From: a virus
Taxonomy: Duplodnaviria; Caudoviricetes
Virus record (IMG/VR): IMGVR_UViG_3300033069_001852
Reading direction: 5' to 3' (one strand)
Length of the DNA stretch: 64,000 nucleotides
The position numbers and the translations under genes are program-made. Positions 10,255 through 20,624 of the stretch are shown piece after piece (position 1 is the stretch's first letter; each line of letters begins with the position of its first letter). The notes under the pieces are model-generated. The model did no database searches. It saw nothing but the letters and a program-made list of their open reading frames with translations, and was not told the origin of the DNA.

Positions 10255-11547
10255 ATGACATCGTTAAGTGAATATTTTTTATCATCAATTAGTAGTGTGG
10301 AATTAGAATCTTTTCTACAACGAATTGTAGAAGGTGGCGCATACGGCCATTTAGCCCACCCCTATGAAGATTTAAGCCTTACCTTTAGGGATGTAAAAGC
10401 CATCGTCAATTCGGCGTTGTCGGGGAAAATTCAAGCTGATGAAAAGGTCGATGGACAAAATCTGATGTTTACTTGGAAACGCGAACAATTGCGAGCGGCT
10501 AGGAATAAAGGTCATATTAAAAATTATGGAGAAAATTCCTTAACCAAGGATCAACTGGATCAAATGTTTGCGGACAGACCGCCGCAGATTCGTAAAGCAT
10601 TTGTTACCGCAATGGGGGATCTGGAAAATGCTTTAAAACAAGTCGATCTTCGTTTATTGCGGGAAATTTTTCAAGAAGGCAAGCGGTTCGTTAATGTTGA
10701 GGTAATTCTACCTGCCACCCAAAATGTTATCCCATATGGGATGAATGTTTTGGTATTCCACGGTACCGTAGAATATGATGAACAGGGCAATCCCATCGGC
10801 CAGGGTATGGTAAACGCGGGGCAGTATTTAGAGGGAATCATTAAAAAAGTAAATTCAAATATTCAAAAGAACTTTACCCTCCGTGGCCCAAACCCAATTG
10901 TGCTTAAACAAGTCAAAGATTTTCAACAGAAAAAGAAAGAATATTTGGATAAGATTCGTCAAGCTCAGGGTAAGTTGCCCGATTCCGCAACCATTTCCGA
11001 TTACCACACGGGGCTTTGGAGTAAAATGATCACGCAGAAAGCGTCTGAATTTGGTTATCAGATTCCAAAAAACATTGTCGGTGATTTAATCAATCGATGG
11101 GTTCACGATGATAAGAGTAAGAGAATTGCCCAACTTCAAAAAGAAATCGTTTCTCCGGAATTTAAACAATGGATAGCGGAATTCGATGGTAAACCGGCTC
11201 AAGCTTATTTTAAACAAGTAAATGAAGCGTTTGAAAATTTATTTTTAAAGCTTGGGGTGGATGTCTTGGCTAATGCGACCGGTTATTTGGCCGCAAGTCC
11301 TGATGCTGCGGCTCGGGCGGTGGCGCAGCAAACTCAGCAAGAAATTGAAAAAATAAGACAATCCAATGACCCGGAAGCTATTTCCAAACTGGAGCGGGAA
11401 CTAAACCGCATTCAGAGTTTGGGTGGGTTGGAAAAAGTCGCGGGGACGGAGGGAATTGCTTTTTATCGCAACGGTAAAATTTATAAGCTAACAGGTTTAT
11501 TTGCCCCCATTAATATGATACTCGGAATTATAAGATACAAACGATGA
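10255..11547 (+). CDS. Putative covalent nucleotidyltransferase / RNA-ligase-like protein
   Basis: EKVDG (motif I KxDG), FVNVEVI, LVFHG, EGIAF (motif IV) and YKLTG (motif V); N-terminal GGAYGHLAHPYED. Start moved to ATG 10255, just after TATTTAT. Confidence 0.5.
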   Translation: MTSLSEYFLSSISSVELESFLQRIVEGGAYGHLAHPYEDLSLTFRDVKAIVNSALSGKIQADEKVDGQNLMFTWKREQLRAARNKGHIKNYGENSLTKDQLDQMFADRPPQIRKAFVTAMGDLENALKQVDLRLLREIFQEGKRFVNVEVILPATQNVIPYGMNVLVFHGTVEYDEQGNPIGQGMVNAGQYLEGIIKKVNSNIQKNFTLRGPNPIVLKQVKDFQQKKKEYLDKIRQAQGKLPDSATISDYHTGLWSKMITQKASEFGYQIPKNIVGDLINRWVHDDKSKRIAQLQKEIVSPEFKQWIAEFDGKPAQAYFKQVNEAFENLFLKLGVDVLANATGYLAASPDAAARAVAQQTQQEIEKIRQSNDPEAISKLERELNRIQSLGGLEKVAGTEGIAFYRNGKIYKLTGLFAPINMILGIIRYKR

Positions 11548-11598
11548 CTGGAGAAAATAATCCTGTTTTTTTAAAATATTTTTCCTATTTATGTTCGT

Positions 11599-12474
11599 AT
11601 GGACGAATTTTATGTATACGAACTTATTGATCCCAGAGACGGGAATCCATTTTATATCGGCAAAGGAAAAAAAGACAGGATGTATCACCACGTCAAAAAA
11701 GTAAAGAAAAATGATCAGCGGGAATTGAGGAAAAATCCACATAAATTTTACAAAATAAAACAAATTTTAAATGACGGATTTATTGATATTTCTTATAAAA
11801 TAATTCTCTCCGGAGTGAGTGAAGACGATGCGTTTAAAAAAGAAAAAGAGATGATCTTCTCATATGGGAAGGGAAATCTAACAAACATAACGGATGGGGG
11901 CTTCGGTGGGGCAAATGAAATAGCAGCAAAAACAAATAGCATACTTAGAAAAGGAAAGACGTGGGAGCAGATATATGGTCGTGATATGGCGGTAGCTCTC
12001 AAAAAGAAATTGGTAGAACGGTCGGTTGGAAATAAAAATCCATTTTTTGGAAAGACACATACGGAAGAAAATAAACGGCTATTCTCAGAAAATTCTAAAA
12101 AATTACACACAGGAAAAAAAAGAAGCGAAGAAGCGAAGAAAAATTTATCCAATGGAATTTCCAATTCTCCAAAACATAAAGAGTGGAGGTTGGTGATGAA
12201 ATCGGAAAAATATAAAAAAATGTATTCGGATAAATCTAAATTATTGTGGCAAGATCCTGTGTTTAGAGAAAAGAATATGGCTGGAATTAAAAATAGAAAG
12301 CCTAGGTCGAAAGTATATACGGATGAGTTTCTCATAAATACATATAGGGGGTATTTAGAAGAAAAAGAAAAAACAAAAAAATATTTATCCTGGGCAAAAT
12401 ACTACAGAAGTTTAGGGATTAAAAGTCCTGTTTATTTTCATTACAAAGCAAAAAGACTTTCAAAAGGAATATAA
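11599..12474 (+). CDS. GIY-YIG homing endonuclease with NUMOD3-like DNA-binding repeats
   Basis: FYVYELIDPR..PFYIGKG...R; NLTN...GG; NPFFGKTHTEE and GKKRSEE; AT-rich compared with flanks. Confidence 0.85.
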   Translation: MDEFYVYELIDPRDGNPFYIGKGKKDRMYHHVKKVKKNDQRELRKNPHKFYKIKQILNDGFIDISYKIILSGVSEDDAFKKEKEMIFSYGKGNLTNITDGGFGGANEIAAKTNSILRKGKTWEQIYGRDMAVALKKKLVERSVGNKNPFFGKTHTEENKRLFSENSKKLHTGKKRSEEAKKNLSNGISNSPKHKEWRLVMKSEKYKKMYSDKSKLLWQDPVFREKNMAGIKNRKPRSKVYTDEFLINTYRGYLEEKEKTKKYLSWAKYYRSLGIKSPVYFHYKAKRLSKGI

Positions 12475-12477
12475 GTT

Positions 12478-13092
12478 ATGGCACGAAGACGTTGGAAAAT
12501 TCAAGATATTCAATCGGTGGTTTCAGGGGAAAACCCATTCACTCAATTTGGTTATCATGTACAGGAACCCAAACGAAAATTGGGTGAACGTTGGGTGGAT
12601 GCGAAGGGTAAAGTGTGGGAACAACGGAGTGGGTATAAAGCGATTGTCAATGAAAAAGCGGATGCGATTAGGGATTTAGTCCGGCAAAATTGCTCCAAAT
12701 GCCATATTGATTTGCGGTGGGGAACTCAATTGGATAAGAGGTTTTTTCCAAAGACGGGAATGTGCTATAATTGTACCATTGATCACGATACTAAAATGCG
12801 TATGGATGGAACGTGGGATGTATATGAAAAACGCAAAGTTTTAAAAAATCAATTAGCTTATATCCAAGACATGCGCAATTACATTAAAGAATCAATTGAC
12901 TATCTCACGACAACCGATGGGAAAATGTCTTTTGTGGATGAAAAGGGCAAACTTGAAACGTGGACAAATACCCAAATTGATATTTTGTTGTCCGGAGCTA
13001 AAATGGATTATGAAAAACTGACACAGGATATTGTCGCGACGGAAAACCTCATCGCCTCCTTGGGGGAGGAAAAGGAAGTTAATGGCCAGTAA
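12478..13092 (+). CDS. Hypothetical protein upstream of terminase (CxxC...CxxC)
   Basis: CSKC and CYNC pairs plus a C-terminal coiled coil; overlaps the terminase start. It could be a small terminase or packaging accessory, but this is unverified. Confidence 0.6.
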   Translation: MARRRWKIQDIQSVVSGENPFTQFGYHVQEPKRKLGERWVDAKGKVWEQRSGYKAIVNEKADAIRDLVRQNCSKCHIDLRWGTQLDKRFFPKTGMCYNCTIDHDTKMRMDGTWDVYEKRKVLKNQLAYIQDMRNYIKESIDYLTTTDGKMSFVDEKGKLETWTNTQIDILLSGAKMDYEKLTQDIVATENLIASLGEEKEVNGQ

Positions 13093-14713
13093 GCAACAAC
13101 TTGCTGCGCAAAAAGCCCGCCAGTACATGCGTAATGAATACGCTAAATGTTTGATGGAGCCGCTATACTTCATAAAAACATATGTCAAAATTCAACACCA
13201 AGATCGTGGTATCATTCCCTTTGAACTCTATCCGTTTCAAGAACAATGTTTGAAGGATTTTCATTCTTCCGGCCGTTGCGTAGTGCTCAAATCACGGCAG
13301 ATGGGTATTTCCACTCTTGTCGCCGCTTATGCGCTTTGGGAATTAATTTTTCACGACGGTAAAAATATTCTGGTTATTTCCATTAAGGAAACCGCGGCGA
13401 AAGAAGTTATTGGTAAAATAAAACTTGCCAATGATGAATTACCACCCTGGTTAAAAATTCCGGTCGTGGAAAGTAATAAACTCTCATTGAAGCTCAATAA
13501 CCAATCCCGGGTGCTGGCGACTTCCTCCGCCTCCGACTCTGCCCGGGGTTTCGCTGCGTCCCTGTTGATTATTGACGAATGTGCGTTTATTGATGGCATC
13601 GAAGATATTTGGACCTCCGCGCAACAAACGCTCGCCACGGTTGCCGCGGGGAAAGCGATCATCTTATCCACGCCGAATGGTATGGGCAATTTCTTCCATA
13701 AAACTTGGTCGGAAGCAGAAGCACATCAAAATAATTTCAAGACCATAAAATTGCCGTGGCATCTTCATCCGGAAAAAACCCAGATATGGCGGGATGCGCA
13801 GACCCGGGAATTAGGCGCACGCATGGCGGGCCAAGAATGTGATTGTGATTTCCTAGCCTCCGGTAACAATGTTATTGATCTGGTTAAATTGGCGGAAATT
13901 GAAAAGGATTTTGTCGTTGAACCCATTGACTATGCGGAAGGCAAGGCGTTGTGGATTTGGGAGAGGCCCAAGGATAATACTGATTATCTGGTTACTGCGG
14001 ACGTGGCCACCGGAGACGGGAGCGACTATTCCGCATTTCACGTTATTGACCGGGACACAATGACCCAAGTTGCGGAATATCAGGATAAAATTGGGATATT
14101 GGAGTTCGCCAAAATCTTGGTTTCGGTTTCTACACGTTATAATAACGCGCAATTGGTGGTTGAACGTGAATCCTACGGCCGGGGCGTTTTGGAATTTATT
14201 ATGGCAGATGGTTATCGCAATTTGGTTTTTACCAATTCCAATGAATTGTATGTTGAAACCAAAGGGAAAATTCGTAATAAGTATTACGCTGAAGAAAAGA
14301 AGCTTCTTCCTGGTTTCTCCACCAATGAAAAAACTCGTATTCTTATCATTGGTAAAGTGGAATTGTATTTTGCTCAAAAATATTTTACTCCGCGCTCCAT
14401 TCGTTTAATCCACGAATTGAAAACATTTATTTGGCATAATGGCCGGGCCGAAGCCGCTTCGGGTTACCACGACGATTTGGTCATGTCGCTGGGCATTGGA
14501 CTTTGGGTCCGTGATAATTCCCTCAAATGGAAAGAGGAAAATATTGAAATCGCCAAAAAAATGTTGGAAGAGATTCATACACCTGACAAACCTCCCGGCC
14601 ACTCACCCATTTATACTGCGCGCAGCGCACAGAACTCTGCCTTTGATCAGTGGAATATGCGAGTTGGTGGAGTTGGCAACGATCAGAGAGAAAATCTATC
14701 GTGGTTACTATAA
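13082..14713 (+). CDS. Terminase large subunit (T4 gp17-like)
   Basis: LYPFQ Q-motif, KSRQMGIST Walker A, IIDECAF Walker B, STPNG motif III; nuclease motifs ADVATG.G.DYS and HDDLVM. Start set at ATG 13082. Confidence 0.95.
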   Translation: MASKQQLAAQKARQYMRNEYAKCLMEPLYFIKTYVKIQHQDRGIIPFELYPFQEQCLKDFHSSGRCVVLKSRQMGISTLVAAYALWELIFHDGKNILVISIKETAAKEVIGKIKLANDELPPWLKIPVVESNKLSLKLNNQSRVLATSSASDSARGFAASLLIIDECAFIDGIEDIWTSAQQTLATVAAGKAIILSTPNGMGNFFHKTWSEAEAHQNNFKTIKLPWHLHPEKTQIWRDAQTRELGARMAGQECDCDFLASGNNVIDLVKLAEIEKDFVVEPIDYAEGKALWIWERPKDNTDYLVTADVATGDGSDYSAFHVIDRDTMTQVAEYQDKIGILEFAKILVSVSTRYNNAQLVVERESYGRGVLEFIMADGYRNLVFTNSNELYVETKGKIRNKYYAEEKKLLPGFSTNEKTRILIIGKVELYFAQKYFTPRSIRLIHELKTFIWHNGRAEAASGYHDDLVMSLGIGLWVRDNSLKWKEENIEIAKKMLEEIHTPDKPPGHSPIYTARSAQNSAFDQWNMRVGGVGNDQRENLSWLL

Positions 14714-14754
14714 AAACTATTTATACATCGCAGTACTCTATATATTTCTAATCT

Positions 14755-16833
14755 ATGGCACAAAATTCAATGAAAAATAACCTCACTGCCTCTGACGAAA
14801 CCGATATCAGAGAGAGGTCGTTATTTGCGCGTTTAAAAAGACTATTTTCTTCTGGAACCATCGTTCGCAACATCGGCGGCAAGAAGTTAAAAGTTATCGA
14901 CACCGATAACTTAATGGTGGGTACATCTCAGAACACGACTCGGGATCGATTCAATCGCGTTCGTTCAACAGGCTACAATGCTTATACCCGTGACTTTGCG
15001 CTTTCTTATCAAGCCGCGCGAATTGACTTATTTCGCGACTACGACACGATGGATATGGATCCCATAATCTCTTCGGCCTTAGATATTTATGCCGACGAAT
15101 GTTTAACACCTAACGAATTGGGTGAGATTATAGTCATCCACTCCGATGATAGCAACATTAAAGATGTACTAAACAACCTTTTTTATGACATTCTAAATAT
15201 CCAGTTCAATCTCTGGTCTTGGACCCGCAATATGGCAAAATATGGGGATTTTTTCTTACGACTTTATATTTCCCCCACCTATGGCGTTTATTTCGCGGAA
15301 CCAATCTGTGCTTATAACGTCGAACGCATCGAAAATTCTGATCCGTTGAATAAAAATTATGTGAAGTTCCAAATCCGGCCCACGGATTCTTCTCAGGCGG
15401 ATACGTTGGAAGAATTTGAAATGGTCCATTTTCGATTATTGTCGGATAGTAATTTCTTGCCTTATGGTAAGGGTATGTTGGAAGGGGCCCGGCGCATTTG
15501 GAAACAACTCTCCCTGATGGAAGACGCGATGTTAATCCATCGGATAATGCGTGCGCCGGAAAAACGCATATTTAAAGTTGATATTGGTAATATCCCACCC
15601 AATGAAGTTGACGCACATATGGAAAAGCTTATTTCAAAGATGAAAAAAGTACCATATATTGATCAACGCACAGGGGATTACAATTTAAAATTCAACTTAC
15701 AGAATATGGTGGAGGACTTTTTCTTGCCCGTGCGTGGTTCGGATAGTGGTAATTCCATTGAAAATTTGACCGGTATGGAATGGACCGGAACCGATGACAT
15801 TGAATATCTACGTAATAAACTGATGGCGGGTTTGAAAATTCCCAAAGCCTTCCTGGGTTATGAAGAAGAATTGTCCGGAAAAGCAACTCTGGCTGCGGAA
15901 GACGTGCGCTTCGCGCGGACAATTGGCCGCATCCAGAACTTTTTGATTTCCTCCCTTGGGCATATCGCGCGGGTTCACTTATATTCTCAGGGTTACCGGG
16001 ATGAAGATCTGGTGAATTTTTCCCTTGAACTCACCAACCCATCCATCATCTTTGAAAAAGAAAAAGTAGCGCTCTGGACCGATAAAGTCAGTGTCGCCAA
16101 GGATATGATGGAAAACAAATTGTTTTCTAAAAAGTGGATTTATGACCACGTCTTTAGCATTGACGAAGACGCGGCGGAAGTGTTGGGTAAGGAATTGATT
16201 GAAGATGCTAAATCGCTTTATCGCTTTAAGAGTATTGAAGAGGATGGTAATGATCCCGCCCAGCCGTTCAAAAAAATCAAACCGAGCGGCGGTGAGGATC
16301 AGGGCGGTGGGGATGGCGGTCCACCCGATTTGGGAGGATTGGATGGGGGGCCAGGCGGCGGCCCGGAACCAGGAGGCAGCGGGCCGGAAGCCACGCCAGG
16401 TGGTGAGCCGGGAGGCGCTCCGGGCGGGCCGGATGCGGATTTAGCCGACGCGCTCAAGGAAGGCCACGGCGAACCGGCGGATGATTATGTCCGCCCGTCG
16501 CAAGCGGGTAAAAAAGACGCGAGTGATTATCCGTTCGGCGAAGACCCACTAGGGGATAAAGAAAACCGCGCCGAACCAAGAAAACGTAGCGCGCTCACTC
16601 ATCAGTGGCAGGGCGGTAGTCCGTTTGATATGGGTACGTTAGCCGAACGCTCTCAGACCAAGGCTCAGGTCATGAAAACGCTCCGGGACCCAATTATTAC
16701 CTCTTTGGATGCGTTTTTGGTTAATTCCACCAAGGAAATCCTCACGGAGACAAAAACCAACGGAGGCCAAATGGAAGAAAGCGGTTCGAAAACTTTCTTG
16801 GATGAAGATAATATAATCGATTCTGATCAATGA
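14755..16833 (+). CDS. Portal protein (T4 gp20-like) with a long Gly/Pro/acidic C-terminal extension
   Basis: MEDAMLIHRIMRAPEKRIFKVDIGN, EDFFLPVRG, DIEYLRNKL..GLKIPK; directly follows terminase. Confidence 0.93.
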   Translation: MAQNSMKNNLTASDETDIRERSLFARLKRLFSSGTIVRNIGGKKLKVIDTDNLMVGTSQNTTRDRFNRVRSTGYNAYTRDFALSYQAARIDLFRDYDTMDMDPIISSALDIYADECLTPNELGEIIVIHSDDSNIKDVLNNLFYDILNIQFNLWSWTRNMAKYGDFFLRLYISPTYGVYFAEPICAYNVERIENSDPLNKNYVKFQIRPTDSSQADTLEEFEMVHFRLLSDSNFLPYGKGMLEGARRIWKQLSLMEDAMLIHRIMRAPEKRIFKVDIGNIPPNEVDAHMEKLISKMKKVPYIDQRTGDYNLKFNLQNMVEDFFLPVRGSDSGNSIENLTGMEWTGTDDIEYLRNKLMAGLKIPKAFLGYEEELSGKATLAAEDVRFARTIGRIQNFLISSLGHIARVHLYSQGYRDEDLVNFSLELTNPSIIFEKEKVALWTDKVSVAKDMMENKLFSKKWIYDHVFSIDEDAAEVLGKELIEDAKSLYRFKSIEEDGNDPAQPFKKIKPSGGEDQGGGDGGPPDLGGLDGGPGGGPEPGGSGPEATPGGEPGGAPGGPDADLADALKEGHGEPADDYVRPSQAGKKDASDYPFGEDPLGDKENRAEPRKRSALTHQWQGGSPFDMGTLAERSQTKAQVMKTLRDPIITSLDAFLVNSTKEILTETKTNGGQMEESGSKTFLDEDNIIDSDQ

Positions 16834-16895
16834 CAATTGTATGATTTTCACTAGGATTTATCATATTTATAATTTAAGTAGAAGCGTTTAAGCAT

Positions 16896-17789
16896 ATGCA
16901 TAAGAAACTGCGGCATTCCAAATTTAGAAATACCGGCATTTTATTCGAACTTTTGACAAGGCAGATAACAGCAGATATTATTGCTGGTAAAGAAGAGTCA
17001 GAAGCCCAGGATATTTTGTTTCGTTATTTTAAGGAAAATACCGAATTAGGTAAGGAGTGGCAACTTTATAGTTGTCTCATCCAAGAAAAAATTAAAAATG
17101 AACCAAACGCGGAACGCTTTCTTCAGACGGTCGTTGAGCGCCGTCGGCGCCTGGATTCCAAACAATTAATTTTTGAAAAATATAATCTAGTTAAGGATAT
17201 CAAAGCCCGTTATCCCATCGATGACTTTCTAAAATCCGGAGTTAAAAATTATCGTTTATACGCTTCCATTTATAAAGTATTTGAAGACTCATCTTCCGCG
17301 GATGTAAAATTTGATTTGAAGGAGATTTACCAATCAAAAAATTGCATCGTGGAAAATATCATTGATCGCCCCAATACCAAACCCAACCCCGACGACGATC
17401 TGATGGATTTTTATGAACAACAGGACGATGACATCCGATTGTTGTCTTATAAATTTTTAGTTGAGGGCGTCAATCAAAAATACAAGGATTTTGACGGAAA
17501 CCAAAAAGAAATTCTTCGGGAATACATTAACAATGTCTCCAATACTAATTCATTGGGCAAATTTCTGGGCGTTAAAATTGATGCGGCTAAAAATGAACTG
17601 AATGAGTTGTGTGATAAAATTCACGATTCAGAAGTCATTAAGATTAAAATCAATGAGGTTTCACGGCAGCTGGATAATGTTAAACCTGGCTCTGTCGTCA
17701 AAGACAATCAGGTAATGGTCGTCTTGTTGGCCTATGAATTACTAAAAGAAATCCGTAAACAAATTTGCCATGAAAACGCCGTCGTATAA
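16896..17789 (+). CDS. Head-module hypothetical protein
   Basis: 297 aa helical ORF after portal, preceded by TATTTATA. Confidence 0.7.
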   Translation: MHKKLRHSKFRNTGILFELLTRQITADIIAGKEESEAQDILFRYFKENTELGKEWQLYSCLIQEKIKNEPNAERFLQTVVERRRRLDSKQLIFEKYNLVKDIKARYPIDDFLKSGVKNYRLYASIYKVFEDSSSADVKFDLKEIYQSKNCIVENIIDRPNTKPNPDDDLMDFYEQQDDDIRLLSYKFLVEGVNQKYKDFDGNQKEILREYINNVSNTNSLGKFLGVKIDAAKNELNELCDKIHDSEVIKIKINEVSRQLDNVKPGSVVKDNQVMVVLLAYELLKEIRKQICHENAVV

Positions 17790-18933
17790 TTTAACCAATT
17801 TAAAACAGTCCATTCGCCGTTTGATTTACGAAGCGCTGGCCAATCGATTTGGTCAAGGTGGAGACATCAAAGGTGCGGAGGGGGTGGCAAATGCGCAGTG
17901 GGGTAGTGTTTACAATGTCATGCCCAAGGGGGAAGCCAAGAACGAAGTTTTTTATCGTGTTCAATTACACAATTCAGGCGGTCCGGTTAAGTATTTGAAA
18001 CAGGATGCGCAAGGCCGTTGGTTTTTTATGGAACCGCCCAATTTGACTTGGCGCCCGGTTAACCCCGCTAAAGTGCCGCAGACTAATGAGCCTCTGGCAG
18101 AAAATGATGAAGGTAAAAATTTTCCTGGATTTGATCATATCCACTGGTCTATAGTTGATGGGAAACCGCTGGATTCTAAAATGGGGAGTTCTGCTTCCAA
18201 TGGTGAAAAATGGTGTTATGATCAACATATGGTTAAAATTCCAATAAAACGGGGAGATATTTTTTTAATGGGTAGGGCAAGTGATGGAAAACATTATATT
18301 TTAGACGGTCCAATTGATGCGAATGAGTATAAAAATAGAAAAACTCGTTCGACTAATGAGTGTGATGAAATTCCTGATCCAATGGACGGAGACACCACTG
18401 ATGTACATACAATGGATACGGCGAATTTAGGGGAAGCTGTCAATTATCGTGCTTCCACTGATGAATTAGTTAAGGCGTTCGTGGCATGGAAACAGGCCAC
18501 TCCGGCGGAAATTAAATCCCATAATGCTGTTGCGTTTACGGCTGGATATAATGCTTGTTTAGCCGCGGCGAAACAGACGGGGTTAAATGAGTCGGTGAAT
18601 GGAAAGTTTCAAGTTTATTTAACATACCTTGTTAGGGGAGATGAAAAACACAGATTGTTTAACTCCAATGCTAATACTAAAGAGGAAGCATCGGTCGAAG
18701 CGGTTGCTTATATGCAATCCATAGCAAAAGCCAACAGGATCCCACCAGACTCTATCAAAGTGTTGTCAGTTCGTAAAGGGGGATTGAATGAAGAAACCTC
18801 TTCCGGCGCAGTTTTCTCAGGTGGCCCAACTATCCAGACCCCCAACGCATTCAGTAAAAAAGGCGCCGGTAGTAAAAAGGCAATGGATGCGACCAAGAAA
18901 ACTGGCTACAAGCCAGTGAAAAAGGAATATTAA
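17770..18933 (+). CDS. Hypothetical protein, probable processed internal head protein
   Basis: Leader ending RRLIYE, with several internal [L/T]-x-E junctions (PLAE, NLGE, GLNE twice). Confidence 0.6.
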   Translation: MKTPSYNLTNLKQSIRRLIYEALANRFGQGGDIKGAEGVANAQWGSVYNVMPKGEAKNEVFYRVQLHNSGGPVKYLKQDAQGRWFFMEPPNLTWRPVNPAKVPQTNEPLAENDEGKNFPGFDHIHWSIVDGKPLDSKMGSSASNGEKWCYDQHMVKIPIKRGDIFLMGRASDGKHYILDGPIDANEYKNRKTRSTNECDEIPDPMDGDTTDVHTMDTANLGEAVNYRASTDELVKAFVAWKQATPAEIKSHNAVAFTAGYNACLAAAKQTGLNESVNGKFQVYLTYLVRGDEKHRLFNSNANTKEEASVEAVAYMQSIAKANRIPPDSIKVLSVRKGGLNEETSSGAVFSGGPTIQTPNAFSKKGAGSKKAMDATKKTGYKPVKKEY

Positions 18934-18938
18934 GATTT

Positions 18939-19991
18939 ATGAGCAAGCAAATATCATTGAAACATATGTTAGCGGAAGGCTTCGCTTACGATGTCGGGAC
19001 GGAGAAAAATTCCTTTGAAGCCTCCGTTGCCTCCGCGACGGAAGCCGCCAAGAAGAAATTTGAAGAGAGTATGAAGCAGAAGGTGGTGGGGCAGAAAGTT
19101 AAGTGCCGTGCTTCCCGGGGTCAACCCGGCCAGCCCGAAAAAGATTATGTCATTGAAAAAGTTTCCGCTGCGAGTATCGATTGGTATTGGAAGCAATACG
19201 TCGTTGTTTTCAAGGATGAAAAGAACAAGGAATATTTTTTGAAGCCCGGTTTTAAAGTGGAAGTATTGACTGCGGCCCAACCCGGCCAGCAACCCACGAA
19301 CCAAACTCCCGCTGAACCCAAGACTCCCGCCGCGGCGCCTCAGGCGCCAAAAGCTCCGGCGGCTCCAAAGGCTAATGCGCCGACTCAGGTCACACCGCAG
19401 GCAGCGGGAATGAAGAATGCGACTAAAGCTCCGGTGGCGGAAGATCGTGATCCGTGGGAAATAAAAGGGACGGAGCCAGGCGAGATATATGTGCTCCGTG
19501 ACGGAGATCAAATGGGAGGCCCGTTTGAAAGTGAAGAAGAGGCAAAGGATTGGATGTATGATAAGCAACAACAATTGCCAGAAAGTCAAGCTCCTGTTGC
19601 CGAAGCCCATCAAGAATACAAGAAGGAATGGGCGGCTCAGATCATTGGGGAAATTCTATTCAAGTTTTTATCGCCCCAAAAACAAGCCGATCCCAATGTT
19701 CAACGCAATCCCACGGCCGCCGTCTTGCCGTATATCAAGAGCTCTAAGTGGGTGGGCGACGAAAATGGTGATCCCGGCGACGGTGATCATGCGCAGTGGA
19801 TTTTGGAAATTCCGGTCGAAGATCTGGCGCCGGATGTAGACCTTCAGGATTTGAAGCTGGAATTTTCCAGTGAACTGCGCAGTTCCGCCGGCGAAGCTGG
19901 CGGTCAATATTCTCGCGGTTATGCCGATGCGGAAAAAATCGGCCGGCTTTATCGGATAACCATCGACTACACGGTGGGATTGGATGTATAA
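18939..19991 (+). CDS. Hypothetical protein, probable internal head protein
   Basis: MSKQISLKHMLAE leader; Pro/Ala linker; PVAE twice. Confidence 0.6.
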   Translation: MSKQISLKHMLAEGFAYDVGTEKNSFEASVASATEAAKKKFEESMKQKVVGQKVKCRASRGQPGQPEKDYVIEKVSAASIDWYWKQYVVVFKDEKNKEYFLKPGFKVEVLTAAQPGQQPTNQTPAEPKTPAAAPQAPKAPAAPKANAPTQVTPQAAGMKNATKAPVAEDRDPWEIKGTEPGEIYVLRDGDQMGGPFESEEEAKDWMYDKQQQLPESQAPVAEAHQEYKKEWAAQIIGEILFKFLSPQKQADPNVQRNPTAAVLPYIKSSKWVGDENGDPGDGDHAQWILEIPVEDLAPDVDLQDLKLEFSSELRSSAGEAGGQYSRGYADAEKIGRLYRITIDYTVGLDV

Positions 19992-19994
19992 TTT

Positions 19995-20612
19995 ATGAGC
20001 CAACAAACCAAACCAGTTCTTGTTGAATGTTTCACCTTTGAATGTCAGCGTGATATCCTCACCGAATCACTCTCCGGCAATGGACCTTTCATTGTTAAAG
20101 GCTGTCTCCAACGTGCGAATGTCAAAAATCAAAACGGGCGCCTCTATAAGAAAGAAACCTTGCTTCGGGAAGCGGCCAAGTATGATAATGAATTCATCAA
20201 AGAACGCCGGGCCCTTGGAGAACTGGATCACCCTGAAAGTTCCGTAGTTAATTTACAAAATGTTTCCCACAATGTCATTGAAATGCACTGGGATGGGGAT
20301 GATCTGGTCGGGACCATTGAAATCCTTCCCACTCCCAATGGCAACATTCTCAAAGAATTGTTCAAGGCAAACATCCGGCTGGGTATCTCCAGCCGGGGCA
20401 TGGGGACGGTGAAGAAGGATATCCGGGAAGAGATTGATATTGTCCAGGATGACTTCGAGTTAATCGCTTTTGATTTTGTTTCAAATCCCAGTACGCGCGG
20501 GGCATTTATGTTCGCTGCAAGTCCTTTAAAAGAAGGAATTGTTCGAAATCCCCTTACAAATAGGTGGGAATCTACGGAAAATATCATACGGGACATTCTT
20601 TCCGAAATTTAA
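19995..20612 (+). CDS. Prohead core protease (T4 gp21-like)
   Basis: NQNGRLY, ALGELDHP, LGISSRGMG, DFVSNPS. Confidence 0.93.
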   Translation: MSQQTKPVLVECFTFECQRDILTESLSGNGPFIVKGCLQRANVKNQNGRLYKKETLLREAAKYDNEFIKERRALGELDHPESSVVNLQNVSHNVIEMHWDGDDLVGTIEILPTPNGNILKELFKANIRLGISSRGMGTVKKDIREEIDIVQDDFELIAFDFVSNPSTRGAFMFAASPLKEGIVRNPLTNRWESTENIIRDILSEI

Positions 20613-20624
20613 TTTATAAAATAT

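Noticed and set aside
11547-12478. Group I intron or intein housing the endonucleases (also 48687..49451 and 60475..61446)
   Set aside because: Flanking genes appear complete with their own starts and stops, flanks are too short for a ribozyme core, and no intein motifs were seen in terminase or primase.
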